This document shows, piece by piece, positions 1 to 11,845 of a stretch of 64,000 nucleotides of DNA. The DNA is from a virus (Duplodnaviria; Caudoviricetes), in IMG/VR virus record IMGVR_UViG_3300033463_000020. One strand, written 5' to 3'. The translations under genes were made by a program, and so were the position numbers. Each line of letters begins with the position of its first letter. Position 1 is the first letter of the stretch. The notes beneath the pieces are model-generated. The model searched no databases, was not told the DNA's origin, and saw only the letters and a list, made by a program, of their open reading frames with translations.

Positions 1-1
1 C

Positions 2-3000
2 ATAGGCAAGGCCGCGTGGAGTAGGGTATTCGCAGGTTTGGGCGGTGCTAATGCAGCAGTGCCCGAAGTGCCTTATCGTATAACATGGAGTGATGCGATG
101 TGGTCGTTCGATACACTTAACACTGGGACAGAAGCGCGTATTAAATTGGGGGCACCGCCTACGGCTATAGATGACTATACATATGCCATTAGTGGGGCCG
201 CTGTTAATGGTGTCGGTAAAATAGGGACCGTTACCGATCATAGTGGTGCTGCTATCACGTTACCCGCGACTTTTGACAGTAGTGCCCTGTATTTCTGGGT
301 TTTGAATGCCAACGCTCCTTTGCGACTATATTTCCCGGTGGAGACTGTGGTCACTGCAGATTATACTAATCCTTATGTCTTAATTCCTACGGGAGACACA
401 GAATTAGTCGTTGGAGCCAATCATACTGCATATGATCTTTTGGTGGTCACTAACAATGCAATGGCCGCAGAGTCGAATCCGGCCTATGTTGTTGCGGGCA
501 ATGGCGCGGCTGCCATTACACGCTTGGATTTCATATTCCCTGCGGATTATAGTGCCCCTCCGAGTACTGTTGTGAATACTGACTATGTCAAGGTAGACAT
601 ATAGGGTACATCGGGTAGTGTAACATTTTCTTGGGTACGCGATGATGCGTCACATGGGCATGTGTTATTATCTGGGGTTACTGCACCATTGAAAGTTGCC
701 ATTTCTGGTATGTTGCGCCTGGCAGCGCCCACCCTAAGTCGTAGTGCGCCCACCAGTACCGTATTAGTTTGGACCAGTATACCGAACGCTACCGCGTACG
801 AGGTATACTTGGACGGCACATTGGTGACTACTACAAGTGCGCAAACATATGATTATGCTGACTATACTGGTACACCCACAGCTGGCTAGCATTTCTGGAC
901 AGTCTGTGCGGAGACAACGACGGGGGCATTTTCGAAAGAAACCTCCCCAGTTATCGCACAGTGGTATACGATCGTTAGCCAGTGTGCACGTTGCGAAGTC
1001 CGTCCGGGCTCAGATAGTGGTACTTGGGATTATACGTCGGCTACAATCTATTATGTGTTTGACACTAGCACGAATTTGGCTTGTCCATGGCAAGTTCCCA
1101 TGAGTAATGGTTAGCCCGGGGTCTGGTAGTGGACGTATTATAACTCGAGTTCGGGCAGCTTGTATATCTTGGGCGAAGATATGGCGGGTCTTGCAGCAGA
1201 TGGTGTCATTACGCAAAATACTTTATATATTAATGTGGGCGCAGTACCTAGGATCACTGCCCCGGTAATTTCATAGCGCGGCACGGTGATTTACTGGAGC
1301 ACGAGAGCCGAAGTAGAGAAATATCGTGTGTATGCCGATTACGGGACGGACGTGTTCACTGTTGATCTCCCCAGGCCCGCCAGTGGTGGTAGGTGCCAGT
1401 ATGATCTCTCCGATTATTTGACTCAAGCTACGACTTATGATATTTCTGTGGTGGCGTTTGGTACCAAGGGTCGTTTTTATGGCACCAGTCTACCTAGCAA
1501 TGTTATTACGGTCACACAAGAAGCGATATATGCTACCACCGAGAACGGTGCTACGGCCGAGGCGTCGAATCCTGATATGATATGGCATGGAACCTCTGTT
1601 GTGTTGAAATATTGGTTTGACGGCGTGAATTATATCTGTCCAACTACTGCGCCAACTGTTACGGGTGCGACAGGCAGCTGGACAAAAATTAGCGACCTGT
1701 ATGGTGAACTAACTATTTCGTCGCCTACTGGTTCGGTAGTATTCACTATTTCTGGCGTACCTGGCGTAAGTACTAGTTATACAACCGTCTGGGATACGGT
1801 GATCGAAGCAAGTGGTACTGCGGGTACGCCGCCCGCGGCCTGGGATGTCACTGAGTCAAGCTTGGCGTATTCATTTATTAGCAATAGCATTGCTTATACT
1901 GGTATTTATATCGACGAATATGGGTGTATGTATTATACGGCGAATAATATAAATACGCTTGTTTTTGATACGGTAGGTGCCGTGGGGCCCACTGGCTGGC
2001 AGGATGAGGGTTATCGCACCATTGTGTCTACCGTAGATCCCGACACAGTATTCTTGCAAGACTGGGCGGTTTTCTACGATAAAAATACCGACGGTGTGAT
2101 TCCCACCCCCTTGTTCCCCGTGCAATGGAACTTTGTCATGGAAACCGAGAGTCCTACAGATGTTGCGAACTATTGGACGGTCCTCGGTTCCTATGTTAAT
2201 GTTGGGTTCTACAGCAATGGCACGTCCTATACACGGTTCTCCGTTGACAGCGATGGTAGCATTTATTATGGTACGACGTCTAGTAACACACTTGTATATG
2301 ACTATATTGCTGGTTGGGTACTGCCTGCATACCGGACAATAGCATGTGAAACGAACCCTGAACTATCTTTTGTTGGCAGTGATTGGAGCGGTTTCTATCG
2401 CGCTAATACTGTCCAAACCTAGTGGAGGAGCAGTCTAGACACTGGTTTAGAAGTTGATGGCGGCTCTATTTGGGGCGTTAGAGACGAGACATTGTCGATT
2501 ACTTTTGTATCTAATAGCACGACATACTCGTCTATTTATATTGATACTGAGGGCAGCATGTATTATGGTGGCACCATGGTATATGAGTATCAGACCGGCT
2601 GGGTGAACGACGAGTATCGCATCATTACGACGGCGCAGCCCGCTACAACCGCATTCAATCACGGCGACTGGCTCACTTTTTATTATGCGAATACCGGCGC
2701 AGTGACGTATTGGCGCAGCAGATTGGAACCTTCAGGAGAGGATATGTCATATGAGGTGCTGAATCGGACCCTGTATTGTGCATTTATGTGCAATGGTACG
2801 ATGTATGCATCGCTGTCTTTTGATAATGCGGGTAATTTTTATTACAACACGGCCCGGTAGTTTGGTGGAGGTACCAAAGTTTACGACAACAATAGTGGCT
2901 GGGTACAGGGCGCCTATCGCTTGATCGCCACCGCTAGCAGCGGTAGCGAAGTCTTTGGCTTTGATGACCAAGACTGGTCAGATTTTTACGACGCGAATGC

Positions 3001-3022
3001 TAACATTACAGATGAAGATTAA
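2..3022 (+). CDS. Large virion structural/tail protein (5' truncated), FN3-like segments plus 4 C-terminal ~75-aa repeats; TAG=Gln
   Basis: ORFs 38-604, 662-889, 1286-2422 and 2492-2860 share one frame and are separated only by TAG; the first TAA is at 3020-3022. Repeat consensus F.SN.T.Y...D..G..YY...VYD..GW...YR.I...DW..FY..N. Confidence 0.75.
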
Positions 3023-3044
3023 AATTTAAAAGGAGGGGGATCTG

Positions 3045-4304
3045 ATGAGTACAACGACTCACTATGTTAATCTTAGTAGCGGCGACACCTTGGCGTTCAC
3101 GATTAATGACGAGGACGCTTTGGGTTATTATGCGAATGCCGGAACGGATATTGCGTGGTTGCAAAATGCTATCTCGGATAATACCGTTCAGGCTATTTTT
3201 CGGATTTATGTTTTATATCCCGACGAAACTATTGCTTATGAGATCCCCCGCGATCGCATTAAGTCTGGCGGTAGCTATAATGAAAATTATCAAAATGGCT
3301 AGCGGCGCACCTTGTCATTTACGTTGTACAACGAGGATGGACAGTACACCCCCAATGTTAATCAATTTTGGGTGGGTACGAAATTGCGTTTAGATATGGG
3401 GCTGTTATTGCCTTCGGGTAATAGCGTGTGGTTCCAAAAAGGCATTTTTGTGATTACCACCGCAGCCCCTTCTAAGGTCCCCGGGGCGCACGAGGTGAAT
3501 ATCTCTGCGGCAGATAAATATTGTTTGTTTGAGCAGGGGCGAGGAGTTTTAGGAAGTACATATGTTGTTCCGGTGAACACCGATATCTATGGTCTTATTT
3601 CGTCGATCTTATTTACCGACGGCGGGAACGGATATCTACTAGATTCAACACCGTTTTTGTTTAACCGTGCGCTGGAAACGAAAAAGACCTAGGCTGAAAT
3701 TACCAAAAGCGCCGGCGATAATTTGGGCAGTATCTTGTCAGATATTGCCCTGCAAATTAATGCTGAGGTTTTTTATAATTCTACAGGCCAATTGGTTTTT
3801 GCTCCGATCCCCGAAGTCACTGCTGATATTAATAAGCCCATTTTATACCATTATGAGACGCCCAAGGGTGACCTGAGTTAGCTGGACTTTAACTTGGATT
3901 ACGCTAATATTGTAAACCGAGTGGTGGTCATTGGCACGTCGTCGTCTGGAGGAACCTTTAGCTATGTGGTCGCTAATGACGATGCAACGTCGCCATTATG
4001 TTGGCAACGGATAGGTTTCCGTACCGGCGAGGTGATTACGGATACTAATATTTATTCGATGTAGCTAGCCAAAGAACGCGCCGAGTATGAGTTGAGATAG
4101 CGCTTAATTTTAACCAGTTCCGTAAATCTCACGATTATGTGCAACCCGTTTTTGTCGGTGAATAATTTAATTACGATTTCTGATGAGTTTTATGGTTTAA
4201 ATCGTGAAAAATTCTTAATTCAGTCTGTGGGATGTGCGTTGGATTTCTCGAACCAGATGCAAATTAGCGTAACAAATATTCGGAACCTACCATTTTTAAC
4301 TTGA
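3045..4304 (+). CDS. Putative baseplate hub/tail protein; TAG=Gln
   Basis: RBS GGAGG; 3045-3302 and 3312-3692 join through TAG to TGA at 4302-4304. Motifs (G.F.I...P, FYN..G.L.F, NRVVVIG, A.ERAEYELR) resemble phage tail hub proteins. Confidence 0.6.
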
Positions 4305-4329
4305 CCTGGGCTGTTTGCCCCAATATAAT
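4301..4329 (+). promoter_or_regulatory. sigma70-type promoter with CCCAA extension
   Basis: TTGACC-17bp-TATAAT; CCCAA directly before the -10 box. Confidence 0.8.
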
Positions 4330-4377
4330 ATCACAGACCCGTAGGGGGCCAATGCAATTATCAGGAAAGGATAAGAT

Positions 4378-4629
4378 ATGGACAAGATTATTGCACAGGA
4401 CTGCACAGAACACGTTAATCATCCACAACACTACAATGTGGGGACAATCGAAACAATTGATTATTTACACAGTGTGCTAGGCCCGGAGGGGTGCTACGAT
4501 TTTTGTGTCGGCAACGTTTTGAAATACGTCAGCCGTGCCAAACACAAAGGCAAACCTCTCGAGGACTTGCAGAAGGCCGAATGGTATTTGCATTATGCTA
4601 TGCAGGTGCTGCGTGAGTCTGAAAAATAA
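4378..4629 (+). CDS. DUF3310-family protein
   Basis: VNHPQHY...IETID...GNVLKYVSRAKHKG...EDLQKAEWYL signature. Confidence 0.85.
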   Translation: MDKIIAQDCTEHVNHPQHYNVGTIETIDYLHSVLGPEGCYDFCVGNVLKYVSRAKHKGKPLEDLQKAEWYLHYAMQVLRESEK

Positions 4630-4632
4630 CAG

Positions 4633-4661
4633 TTGACGGTTGCCCCCGATCCCAATATAAT
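4633..4661 (+). promoter_or_regulatory. sigma70-type promoter with CCCAA extension
   Basis: TTGACG-17bp-TATAAT. Confidence 0.85.
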
Positions 4662-4713
4662 ATCTACGATGAGCTATACTCGTCACATTTTTTAATGCAC
4701 AAAGGAGCAAATT

Positions 4714-5646
4714 ATGCCTGAAAAACAGAAAAACAGATACGCTAATTCGGTTCGTATCGTTGGTTATTTGAAGGAGAACAATCTTGAAACCGTTACAAAC
4801 ACTCGTGGAGACCAGGTCATTCGAGGGGCGCTAGTAATCGCTACGACTAAAACCAGCAGCTACAAGGTCCAGTTTTATGTAGCCGCAATGACATCAGCGA
4901 ACGAGCCCTCGCAGGACTATGAACGACTGTCGGCGCTGCTGCCCGCCAATACCACGACGGTTGCGTCTCTCTTGAAAGCAGACAGTAATACTGATTTTGA
5001 TAGCGCGATCGCCAATGCCACAAAGGTGTGGGTAATGGCGCGTTTGGACGAGTATGCGTCCCGCAGCGGTGAACGCGAGACTTCCATGATTACCATCAAG
5101 GGCTTCCGGGGCGGTATCGCCAGCGAAGATAAATTCAGACCCTGTGCGGAGTTTGAAGCCGATGTGTATATCGAAACGCTGGCCGAAGAGGTGAACGGTG
5201 CTAACGAAAAGACGGGCCGTCTGTCTCTGGGTTGCGTCGTTCCGAAGTACAAAGAGATCATGGATCGCATTGATTTCATCGCGGGAACCGAGGGCAACGC
5301 TGCTCAGTTTATTGCCAGCCACTGGAAGGTCGGCGACACAGTGCACATCGGTGGCGACCTGGTCAATCTTCAGGAGCGTGTATTGGTGGAATCGGAGACC
5401 CCGAGCGAGGGCTTCGGACGTCTCACGGAGCCGCAGTACGAAACGCGGTTTGTTCGGGAGCGTGTTATTACCACTGGCGGACCGTGCAAGTGTGACCCGA
5501 TCACTAAGGCGATGGTCAAGGAGGGGCTGGCCCAGCGAGAGCTGCTTATGCAGAAAAACGGTGCACGCGCCAAGCAGTCTCCAAATGCGAACGCTAACAC
5601 CAGCGCAGCTCCGGCAAAGGCCGACCTGAGTGAGATGGATTTCTGA
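4714..5646 (+). CDS. Single-stranded DNA-binding protein (double OB-fold type)
   Basis: N.V.IVG.LKE start, second OB-like half, acidic/aromatic C-terminus (SEMDF), position in the recombination module. Confidence 0.6.
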   Translation: MPEKQKNRYANSVRIVGYLKENNLETVTNTRGDQVIRGALVIATTKTSSYKVQFYVAAMTSANEPSQDYERLSALLPANTTTVASLLKADSNTDFDSAIANATKVWVMARLDEYASRSGERETSMITIKGFRGGIASEDKFRPCAEFEADVYIETLAEEVNGANEKTGRLSLGCVVPKYKEIMDRIDFIAGTEGNAAQFIASHWKVGDTVHIGGDLVNLQERVLVESETPSEGFGRLTEPQYETRFVRERVITTGGPCKCDPITKAMVKEGLAQRELLMQKNGARAKQSPNANANTSAAPAKADLSEMDF

Positions 5647-5656
5647 GGGGCATAAT

Positions 5657-6061
5657 ATGACCGCCGATAAAAACGAGAACACGCCGTCGCTGGTCGACTT
5701 TGATTAGTTGGCCTGCTAGTTGATGGCAGTGCCGGGATCTCCCAAAGAGCTAGTAGCTTCGCCGGAGTTTTCGGAGCGGTATATAGAGCTTACCAATGCT
5801 TTAGCTTCTTTACAGGAACTAAAGAAAAACGTGGACGGCATGATTAAGGACGTGCTTCGTGAATAGTACTATGAAAATGGTGAAAATAGCATTGTCACGC
5901 CAGAGTGTCGTTATACCTATGTGCCTGTTGGCACGCGGGAAACGTTCGACTCCAAGGCGCTAAAGATTGCCGATCCCGAAACATATTGTCGTTATGTAAA
6001 AGTTGCGCAGGTGAGCGATTCTATACGTATTACTAAAAATCGTACTGATGGCACCCAGTAA
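5657..6061 (+). CDS. Hypothetical protein hidden by 3 in-frame TAG
   Basis: ATG after GAGG; frame is open under TAG=Gln. C-terminal RETFDSKALK..DPETY..YVK resembles small proteins associated with phage exonuclease/recombinase genes. Confidence 0.7.
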
Positions 6062-6692
6062 CATGAAGTCCTGGGAGCGGCATGAACTACCCAACGGTGA
6101 GCTGGTCATGTTTAATGCAGACGAGCATGCGTATATCGTACGTGACTAGGTAGTGCCCAGCGTCACAACGCTATTATAGACGGTTTATGGCAATCCATAT
6201 ACCGGCGTGAATCCGGAAACTCTGGACCGCGCAGCGAGATATGGCACTGCGGTACATAGCGAGCTAGAATCGTTGGTAAGCTATCGACAGGAGTGGGGGG
6301 AGGCCCCCACTCCGGAGATGATGCATTTTTAGGAAGTATAGAATTATTTTACCTATATTGAACCTATTTATTAGATAGTGCCGCAGCTCTTAGAGCGCGT
6401 GGTGGTGTTATATGATGCTGCTTAGCGCCCGGTCTCGGCCGGGCGTTTTGATATGCTGTGCACAGTAGCGGGGAAACCCTGTTTGGCCGATTTTAAGACT
6501 ACGTCGGCGATCCATCGCCCCCAAGTTACTGCATAGCTAAACTTATATCGGCGTGCTGCCGAGCAGTCGGGTTATTTGACCCAGGTTGGTTCGGTGTCGC
6601 TGGGGGTGATACACTTGCATGGCGAAACCAGTCGCTTTTTCCCTATCCCTATTTTGGGCGAGAATTTTCTAGAGCGATTTATCCCCAGTTGA
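6048..6692 (+). CDS. PD-(D/E)XK exonuclease hidden by 7 in-frame TAG
   Basis: F...H.Y...VPSVTTLL, YGTAVHSELE, AGRFDML, LADFKTT and A(TAG=Q)LNLY motifs. Absent from the ORF track. Confidence 0.85.
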
Positions 6693-6717
6693 CGGGGGAC
6701 TTGCATCCCAATATAAT
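6689..6717 (+). promoter_or_regulatory. sigma70-type promoter with CCCAA extension
   Basis: TTGACG-17bp-TATAAT. Confidence 0.85.
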
Positions 6718-6754
6718 GTGGGTAAAGTCCATGAAGTAAAAGGAAGGGTAAAAC

Positions 6755-7615
6755 ATGAATTTTCCTCTGCTGACCTCTGAAGACATCGAGGTCAAAGTCA
6801 AGACCATTACCAAAACAGGCGCGCTCTTGCTGCTATATAAAACGGCGCGCGTAGACGCCAAAATTTTGGATGAAACCGTAGGCCCGCTGAACTGGTGCTG
6901 TGACTATGAAGAAATTAAAGGTAATCTATTTTGCAGGGTCGGAGTGCGTGAAAGCGCCGACCAGGATTTTGTGTACAAAAGCGATTGCGGCATTGAGTCG
7001 GGCCAGGATGATGGCAACGAGAAGAAAGCCGAGGCCAGTGATGCATTTAAACGCGCCTGCAGCCGCTGGGGCATCGGACGCGAGTTGTACGACAGCTCTC
7101 TGCAGATCTGGGCTGAGGTAGCGACAGTTGAGCGCAATAACAAATGGTATTTACAGGATCCGTTTGCGCGTTATGTCGTAACGTCAATCGAGTATAATGA
7201 GCAGACTCGTGTAATTACGGCGCTCGAAATTTGCAATGCCAAAAGTAATGTGTGCGTCTTTTCATGGCGGCGACCGTCAGAAGGCGCCCTGGGGCGCAAA
7301 ATGGTGAAGACCTGGGGCGGGAATAATGAGTCTACTGATTCTCCGGCCAATACTGAGACGACGCCGAAAGCAGCGCCCAAGACGGTAGCTCAAGCCGAAA
7401 CCACGGATCGGATCCCGTTGGCACAGCTGATCAGCGATATCGGCGGCATGGTTAAGACGATGATGGCTAAAGACGGTGGGGCGGGCGCTTACAAGGACAT
7501 CGTGGCACGCATTGCGGGCAGCGCGTCGTTCCGCTGCAACACTGCCACGGAAGAGCAGTATGATATCGTAAAGGGTATCTACGACGCTCTTGCTGAGGCA
7601 GGATATGGCAACTAA
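6755..7615 (+). CDS. Rad52/Sak-like single-strand annealing protein
   Basis: LLLYKTARVD..ILDETVG...W and KAEASDAFKRACSRWGIGRELY motifs. Confidence 0.85.
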   Translation: MNFPLLTSEDIEVKVKTITKTGALLLLYKTARVDAKILDETVGPLNWCCDYEEIKGNLFCRVGVRESADQDFVYKSDCGIESGQDDGNEKKAEASDAFKRACSRWGIGRELYDSSLQIWAEVATVERNNKWYLQDPFARYVVTSIEYNEQTRVITALEICNAKSNVCVFSWRRPSEGALGRKMVKTWGGNNESTDSPANTETTPKAAPKTVAQAETTDRIPLAQLISDIGGMVKTMMAKDGGAGAYKDIVARIAGSASFRCNTATEEQYDIVKGIYDALAEAGYGN

Positions 7616-8087
7616 AATTTGCCGCGGGTGTAATCAGCATATCGTTGGGATGAACTATGGATACGGTGGCGCTACTTATTGTGCCGCTTGTTTCCAGAAA
7701 CTCCAAGATCGTCTGGCCCACGACGAGGGGGATCGCAGGTTATTATATGACACGATACGTCGTATTTTCAATGTTACCGAGATTCCCGATGAAGTGGTAG
7801 CTGCGGTTAATCGTGAAGTGAAGGCCGGCCGCAAATTGACCGGCCTTACTGCCACCTTACGTTATTATTATGATCTTGAGGGACACGTACCGGGCGGCGT
7901 GTATAGTGCTATTCCGGTATTCCGTGAACAGTACGAGAACGCACGGGATTATGCCCGTAAAATGGCGCAAATTGCGGAGCGTAATCAAAACATAGACCTT
8001 GACGTCCCCCCGACGATAGTAACGGTCACCCCCGAAAGTTTGCGACCTATTCGGCAGCGTCCGACTATCAATATTGAAGATTTGTAA
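7605..8087 (+). CDS. Zn-finger protein upstream of helicase (possible loader)
   Basis: CxxC...CxxC N-terminus; overlaps the Sak stop and precedes DnaB. Confidence 0.55.
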   Translation: MATKICRGCNQHIVGMNYGYGGATYCAACFQKLQDRLAHDEGDRRLLYDTIRRIFNVTEIPDEVVAAVNREVKAGRKLTGLTATLRYYYDLEGHVPGGVYSAIPVFREQYENARDYARKMAQIAERNQNIDLDVPPTIVTVTPESLRPIRQRPTINIEDL

Positions 8088-8113
8088 ATTGACGGAGAGG
8101 AGGAAGTCCGTTT

Positions 8114-9724
8114 TTGGATAACATACAGTCCGTAGAACTACAGACAGGGGTAGCCTCGAATAAACTGGCTATCATGCATGTTTTGGCAGGATTAATTGAC
8201 GACCCTCTTCGTTTTGCTAATAACGCCTACTCCTTTAGCGAGGACGACTTTCCTGAGCGTTTTCATAAGATAGTGTTTGCAGCCATTCAGCATTTGGCGA
8301 TGAATGGAATGGAGCACATAGGGTATATTGATATTGATCAATTTCTTAAGCAGTATGCCGTACAATACAAGGTGTTCTGCGCCAATCGGGGCGTGGAGTA
8401 TATTCAAAACATCATGGCAATGTACGACCCAAAGAAATTTGACTACTATTATCATACACTTAAAAAATATAGTCTGATTAATGACTTAAATGCGAAGGGA
8501 ATCGACACCAAAGATATCTACAATCCCGATATTATTGACCCCATTGAGAGTGAAAAGATGTATCGGACATTCGATAGTCTCACGGTCAATGACATTCTGT
8601 TAACGGAAGAAACTAAAATTATTCTGGCCAAAGAAAAATTTGGTAGCAATAGTGACCGTGTCGAGAACAAGGCCGGTGATGGTCTGCGTGCCTTAAAAGA
8701 GCGCTTCAAAGAAACCCCGGATATGGGGTTGGGATTGTTATCGCCCAAGCTGACCACTATTTTACGCGGGCAGCGTCGAGGGTGTCTGTTTATTGAATCG
8801 GGCGGATCTGGCTTTGGTAAGTCACGTCGTGGCAATGGTGAGGCCTGTCATTTAGCTATCCCCGAATATTATGATACTCAAAAAAAGACCTGGGTGAACA
8901 CCGGGCTGCATGAGAAAGTTCTGATGATTTCCACCGAGCTGGAAGAGTTTGAGTGTCAGCAAATGTGGATGGCTTTCGTCGCGGGTGTTTCCGAGGCGCA
9001 TATCAAAGACGGACGTTACGCCCCGGGAGAGGAAGAGCGCGTTGATAAGGCCATAGATTTAATTGAACGTTCGGAATTATATTTCGTTAGTATTACGAAC
9101 TATGATACGGACGATATTGTCAATATTATCAAGAAATATAAGCAATTGCATGATGTGAACTATGTCTTTTTTGACTATTTGGGCGAGACATTAAAGATCA
9201 CATCATCCGCAACGCGTCAAACCCGGGTGCAGGGGCTGCGTACCGATCAGATCTTGCTTTTGTTATCATCTGCATTGAAAGACACGGCCAAAACACTGGG
9301 TATTTATATCTGGACTGCTTCACAGCTGTCGGGCGATTACAAAAATGCCAAGGATTTAGACGCTGCGTATCTACGATCGGCGAAATCAATCGCTGATAAA
9401 GTGGACGCTGGTTTAATCTTAATGCCCGTGCGCGAAGCCGATCAGCCCGTTATTGATACGTATTGTGCGCGTGGTTTTGAGTTGGCGCCGAATTTTGTTA
9501 TCACAGTCTATAAGGTACGTGCTGGCAGCTATCAAAATATTAAAGTGTACGTCTATTTTGACCGGGCTACGTGCCAAATGTTTGACTGTTTTGTGACCGA
9601 CCGCGATGGTGCGATCCTGCCGATAGAGGACACTAATGTTGACCTGGTGTTGGATGACACGCGGACCGAGGCTTTCTTAGAGGCTTACGATCTCAAGGCT
9701 GGCGATGAGGATTTTGATTTTTGA
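8114..9724 (+). CDS. dnaB: Replicative DnaB-like helicase
   Basis: Walker A SGGSGFGKS, ISTELE, VFFDYL, TASQL, LRSAKSIADKVD, KVRAG. Confidence 0.9.
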   Translation: MDNIQSVELQTGVASNKLAIMHVLAGLIDDPLRFANNAYSFSEDDFPERFHKIVFAAIQHLAMNGMEHIGYIDIDQFLKQYAVQYKVFCANRGVEYIQNIMAMYDPKKFDYYYHTLKKYSLINDLNAKGIDTKDIYNPDIIDPIESEKMYRTFDSLTVNDILLTEETKIILAKEKFGSNSDRVENKAGDGLRALKERFKETPDMGLGLLSPKLTTILRGQRRGCLFIESGGSGFGKSRRGNGEACHLAIPEYYDTQKKTWVNTGLHEKVLMISTELEEFECQQMWMAFVAGVSEAHIKDGRYAPGEEERVDKAIDLIERSELYFVSITNYDTDDIVNIIKKYKQLHDVNYVFFDYLGETLKITSSATRQTRVQGLRTDQILLLLSSALKDTAKTLGIYIWTASQLSGDYKNAKDLDAAYLRSAKSIADKVDAGLILMPVREADQPVIDTYCARGFELAPNFVITVYKVRAGSYQNIKVYVYFDRATCQMFDCFVTDRDGAILPIEDTNVDLVLDDTRTEAFLEAYDLKAGDEDFDF

Positions 9725-9735
9725 GGTGGTGAGCC

Positions 9736-10857
9736 ATGTTAGATAGCAATAAAGTCAAAAAGCGCTTGACCACCGAGAATGTCATTGAGCTATGCTGCAC
9801 GCTACAGGATGACCGGAACGTGTTATATGATGCGCAGGGGCATCCGATTTTCAATACGTGTCTTTGCCACGGGGGAGACAGCGATAAGTTATATTATTAT
9901 CCCGAAACGCAATTGTTCCACTGCTACACCTGCGGTGATAGCTATGATATATTTTCGTTGGTTCAGCGCGCCAAGGGATGCGAATTTCGCGATGCGTTTC
10001 GGTATATCGTTGATTTTTTTAAGCTGAGAGGATTTCGAGACGACAGTGATGAAGATCCTCCGCTGAGCGATGACTGGGATATTTTCCAGCGCATTAAGGA
10101 CTGCGAAACCAATGGGGTCGTGCGCGAAGAAGCGCCCCCGATGCCCGAAAATCTATTGGAATTTTTCTACCCGCTCGCCGCGCCTCAGGAGTGGCAGCGC
10201 GATGGCATCAGCCCACAGGTCATGCGTGCCTTCGGCATTCGGATAGATAGTGCCTTGCAGCATATCATTATCCCGCACCGTAACGTGCGAGGTGAGCTTA
10301 TTGGGATCCGGCGGCGCTCTTATGATCCGCTGGAAGTAGCCGGTGGTAAGAAGTATATGCCGGTAATGATCGAGGGCGATATATATCGTCATAGTCTAGG
10401 CAGCAATTTATTTGGGCTATATGAAAATCAGCGTGTTATTCATAACACGCAAAAAGTTTTAGTAGCCGAATCCGAGAAGTCGGTTTTGCAACTCGCTAGT
10501 ATGTACGGGCTCGATCAGTGCTGGGCAGTTGCGACATGTGGCTCGTCGTTTTCACAGACGCAGATGAGCCTGCTACTGGAGCTCGGAGTATCTGAAGTGG
10601 TTTTGGGATTTGACCATGAGTTTACTGGTGGCCGCGGCGCAGATGATACTGTGGCGTATGAGGCTAAGCTTTTGAAAGTGGTGGCCCCTCTATTACCATA
10701 CGTCAATGTTTCGGTAATCATGGACTATGATGGATTGACGAAGTATAAGGACTCGCCCACTGATTGTGGCCGCGAGATTTTTGAACAACTTTATCACCAG
10801 CGGATACGGTTGTATACTTATGATGAAAAAAGAAAGACGAGGAAAAGGAATGGCTGA
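9736..10857 (+). CDS. dnaG: DNA primase (CHC2 Zn finger + TOPRIM)
   Basis: CH...FHCYTC Zn finger; IIIPHRN..GELIGIRRR; VAESEKS; LGFDHE. Confidence 0.85.
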   Translation: MLDSNKVKKRLTTENVIELCCTLQDDRNVLYDAQGHPIFNTCLCHGGDSDKLYYYPETQLFHCYTCGDSYDIFSLVQRAKGCEFRDAFRYIVDFFKLRGFRDDSDEDPPLSDDWDIFQRIKDCETNGVVREEAPPMPENLLEFFYPLAAPQEWQRDGISPQVMRAFGIRIDSALQHIIIPHRNVRGELIGIRRRSYDPLEVAGGKKYMPVMIEGDIYRHSLGSNLFGLYENQRVIHNTQKVLVAESEKSVLQLASMYGLDQCWAVATCGSSFSQTQMSLLLELGVSEVVLGFDHEFTGGRGADDTVAYEAKLLKVVAPLLPYVNVSVIMDYDGLTKYKDSPTDCGREIFEQLYHQRIRLYTYDEKRKTRKRNG

Positions 10858-11833
10858 AAAATTTTCTTATTCCAAGCTGAATACTTTTGAAGCCTGTGGG
10901 TGGAAATATAAGCTATAGTATGTAGATGGACATTATATTTCTGCAGATTCGCTGGCTATTTAGCTCGGTCTGCTGGTGCACGGGATCGAGGAAGAGATCG
11001 CACGCACTATTCAAATGGGGGGCAAGCCGGACTACGACAAACTGAAAGATAAATTTCAAAACGCGGGGATGGGTGGTGCTGCAACACCGGATCATCGTAG
11101 TGCCCTACAGGGGATTAAAGTTCTGTAGGAAAAATTCAAAGAAGATTTCTTTGAGCCCGATGACCGGGGTGCTTCATATCACACTCGCACGGAAGATTAT
11201 TTAGCTTATGGCATTTATCGCCTGGAGCGTTATTTGGCCCAGCATCCAACTTTAGAGATCTCGGGCATTGAGCAGTTCTTCTCTATAAATTTCCAGGGGA
11301 ATGTTCTGAGTGGTTATATCGACCGTGTCTTCCATGACCGCGAAACCAATATGTATTATGTCGAAGATATCAAAACACGGGCCAAGCCCTTCCGCGATAC
11401 CGAGCTTAATACTCCGTTACAGTTTGTTATATACGTGTATGCCCTGGCCGAGAATCTGGGGTTGGATTACAGCCATTTCCAATGCGCTTATGATCTTCCC
11501 TTTTTGGATACGAAACAAGTTGCAGGATCCTCCGGCTTTATGTCGCGAGGTCTGAAGAAAATACGTGAAGCGTTTGGAGATATCAAAGATAAAAACTTTG
11601 TGCCGTCACCGTCGCCACTGTGCCGGTGGTGCCAATTTTCTCCAACCAACCCCGGACAGCCGGAGGCCGGTAAATTATTGTGTCCATATTATTCGTTATG
11701 GACTCAAGAAAATCGGATCCACACAGTGGCTCACAAGTGGGAGGGCATTGAGCGTCATCCGGCTATTATGGCGGATGAAGTGCGGGCCCAAACGGCGAGT
11801 GAATCCAAAGTCTTGTCTGAGTTCGACTTCTGA
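10850..11833 (+). CDS. PD-(D/E)XK nuclease, Cas4/AddB-like with 4 Cys; 3 in-frame TAG
   Basis: FSYSKLNTFEAC N-terminus joined through TAG to GYIDRV, EDIKT, LQFVIY, CRWC...C. Confidence 0.85.
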
Positions 11834-11845
11834 AAGGATTAAAGC

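Noticed and set aside
4894-5682. Long minus-strand ORFs (this 262-aa one and others in the track)
   Set aside because: Antisense shadows of well-supported + strand genes, with no motifs or RBS.
10850-11833. Cas4 as part of a CRISPR system
   Set aside because: No repeat-spacer array or other cas genes; solo Cas4-like nucleases are common in phage replication modules.
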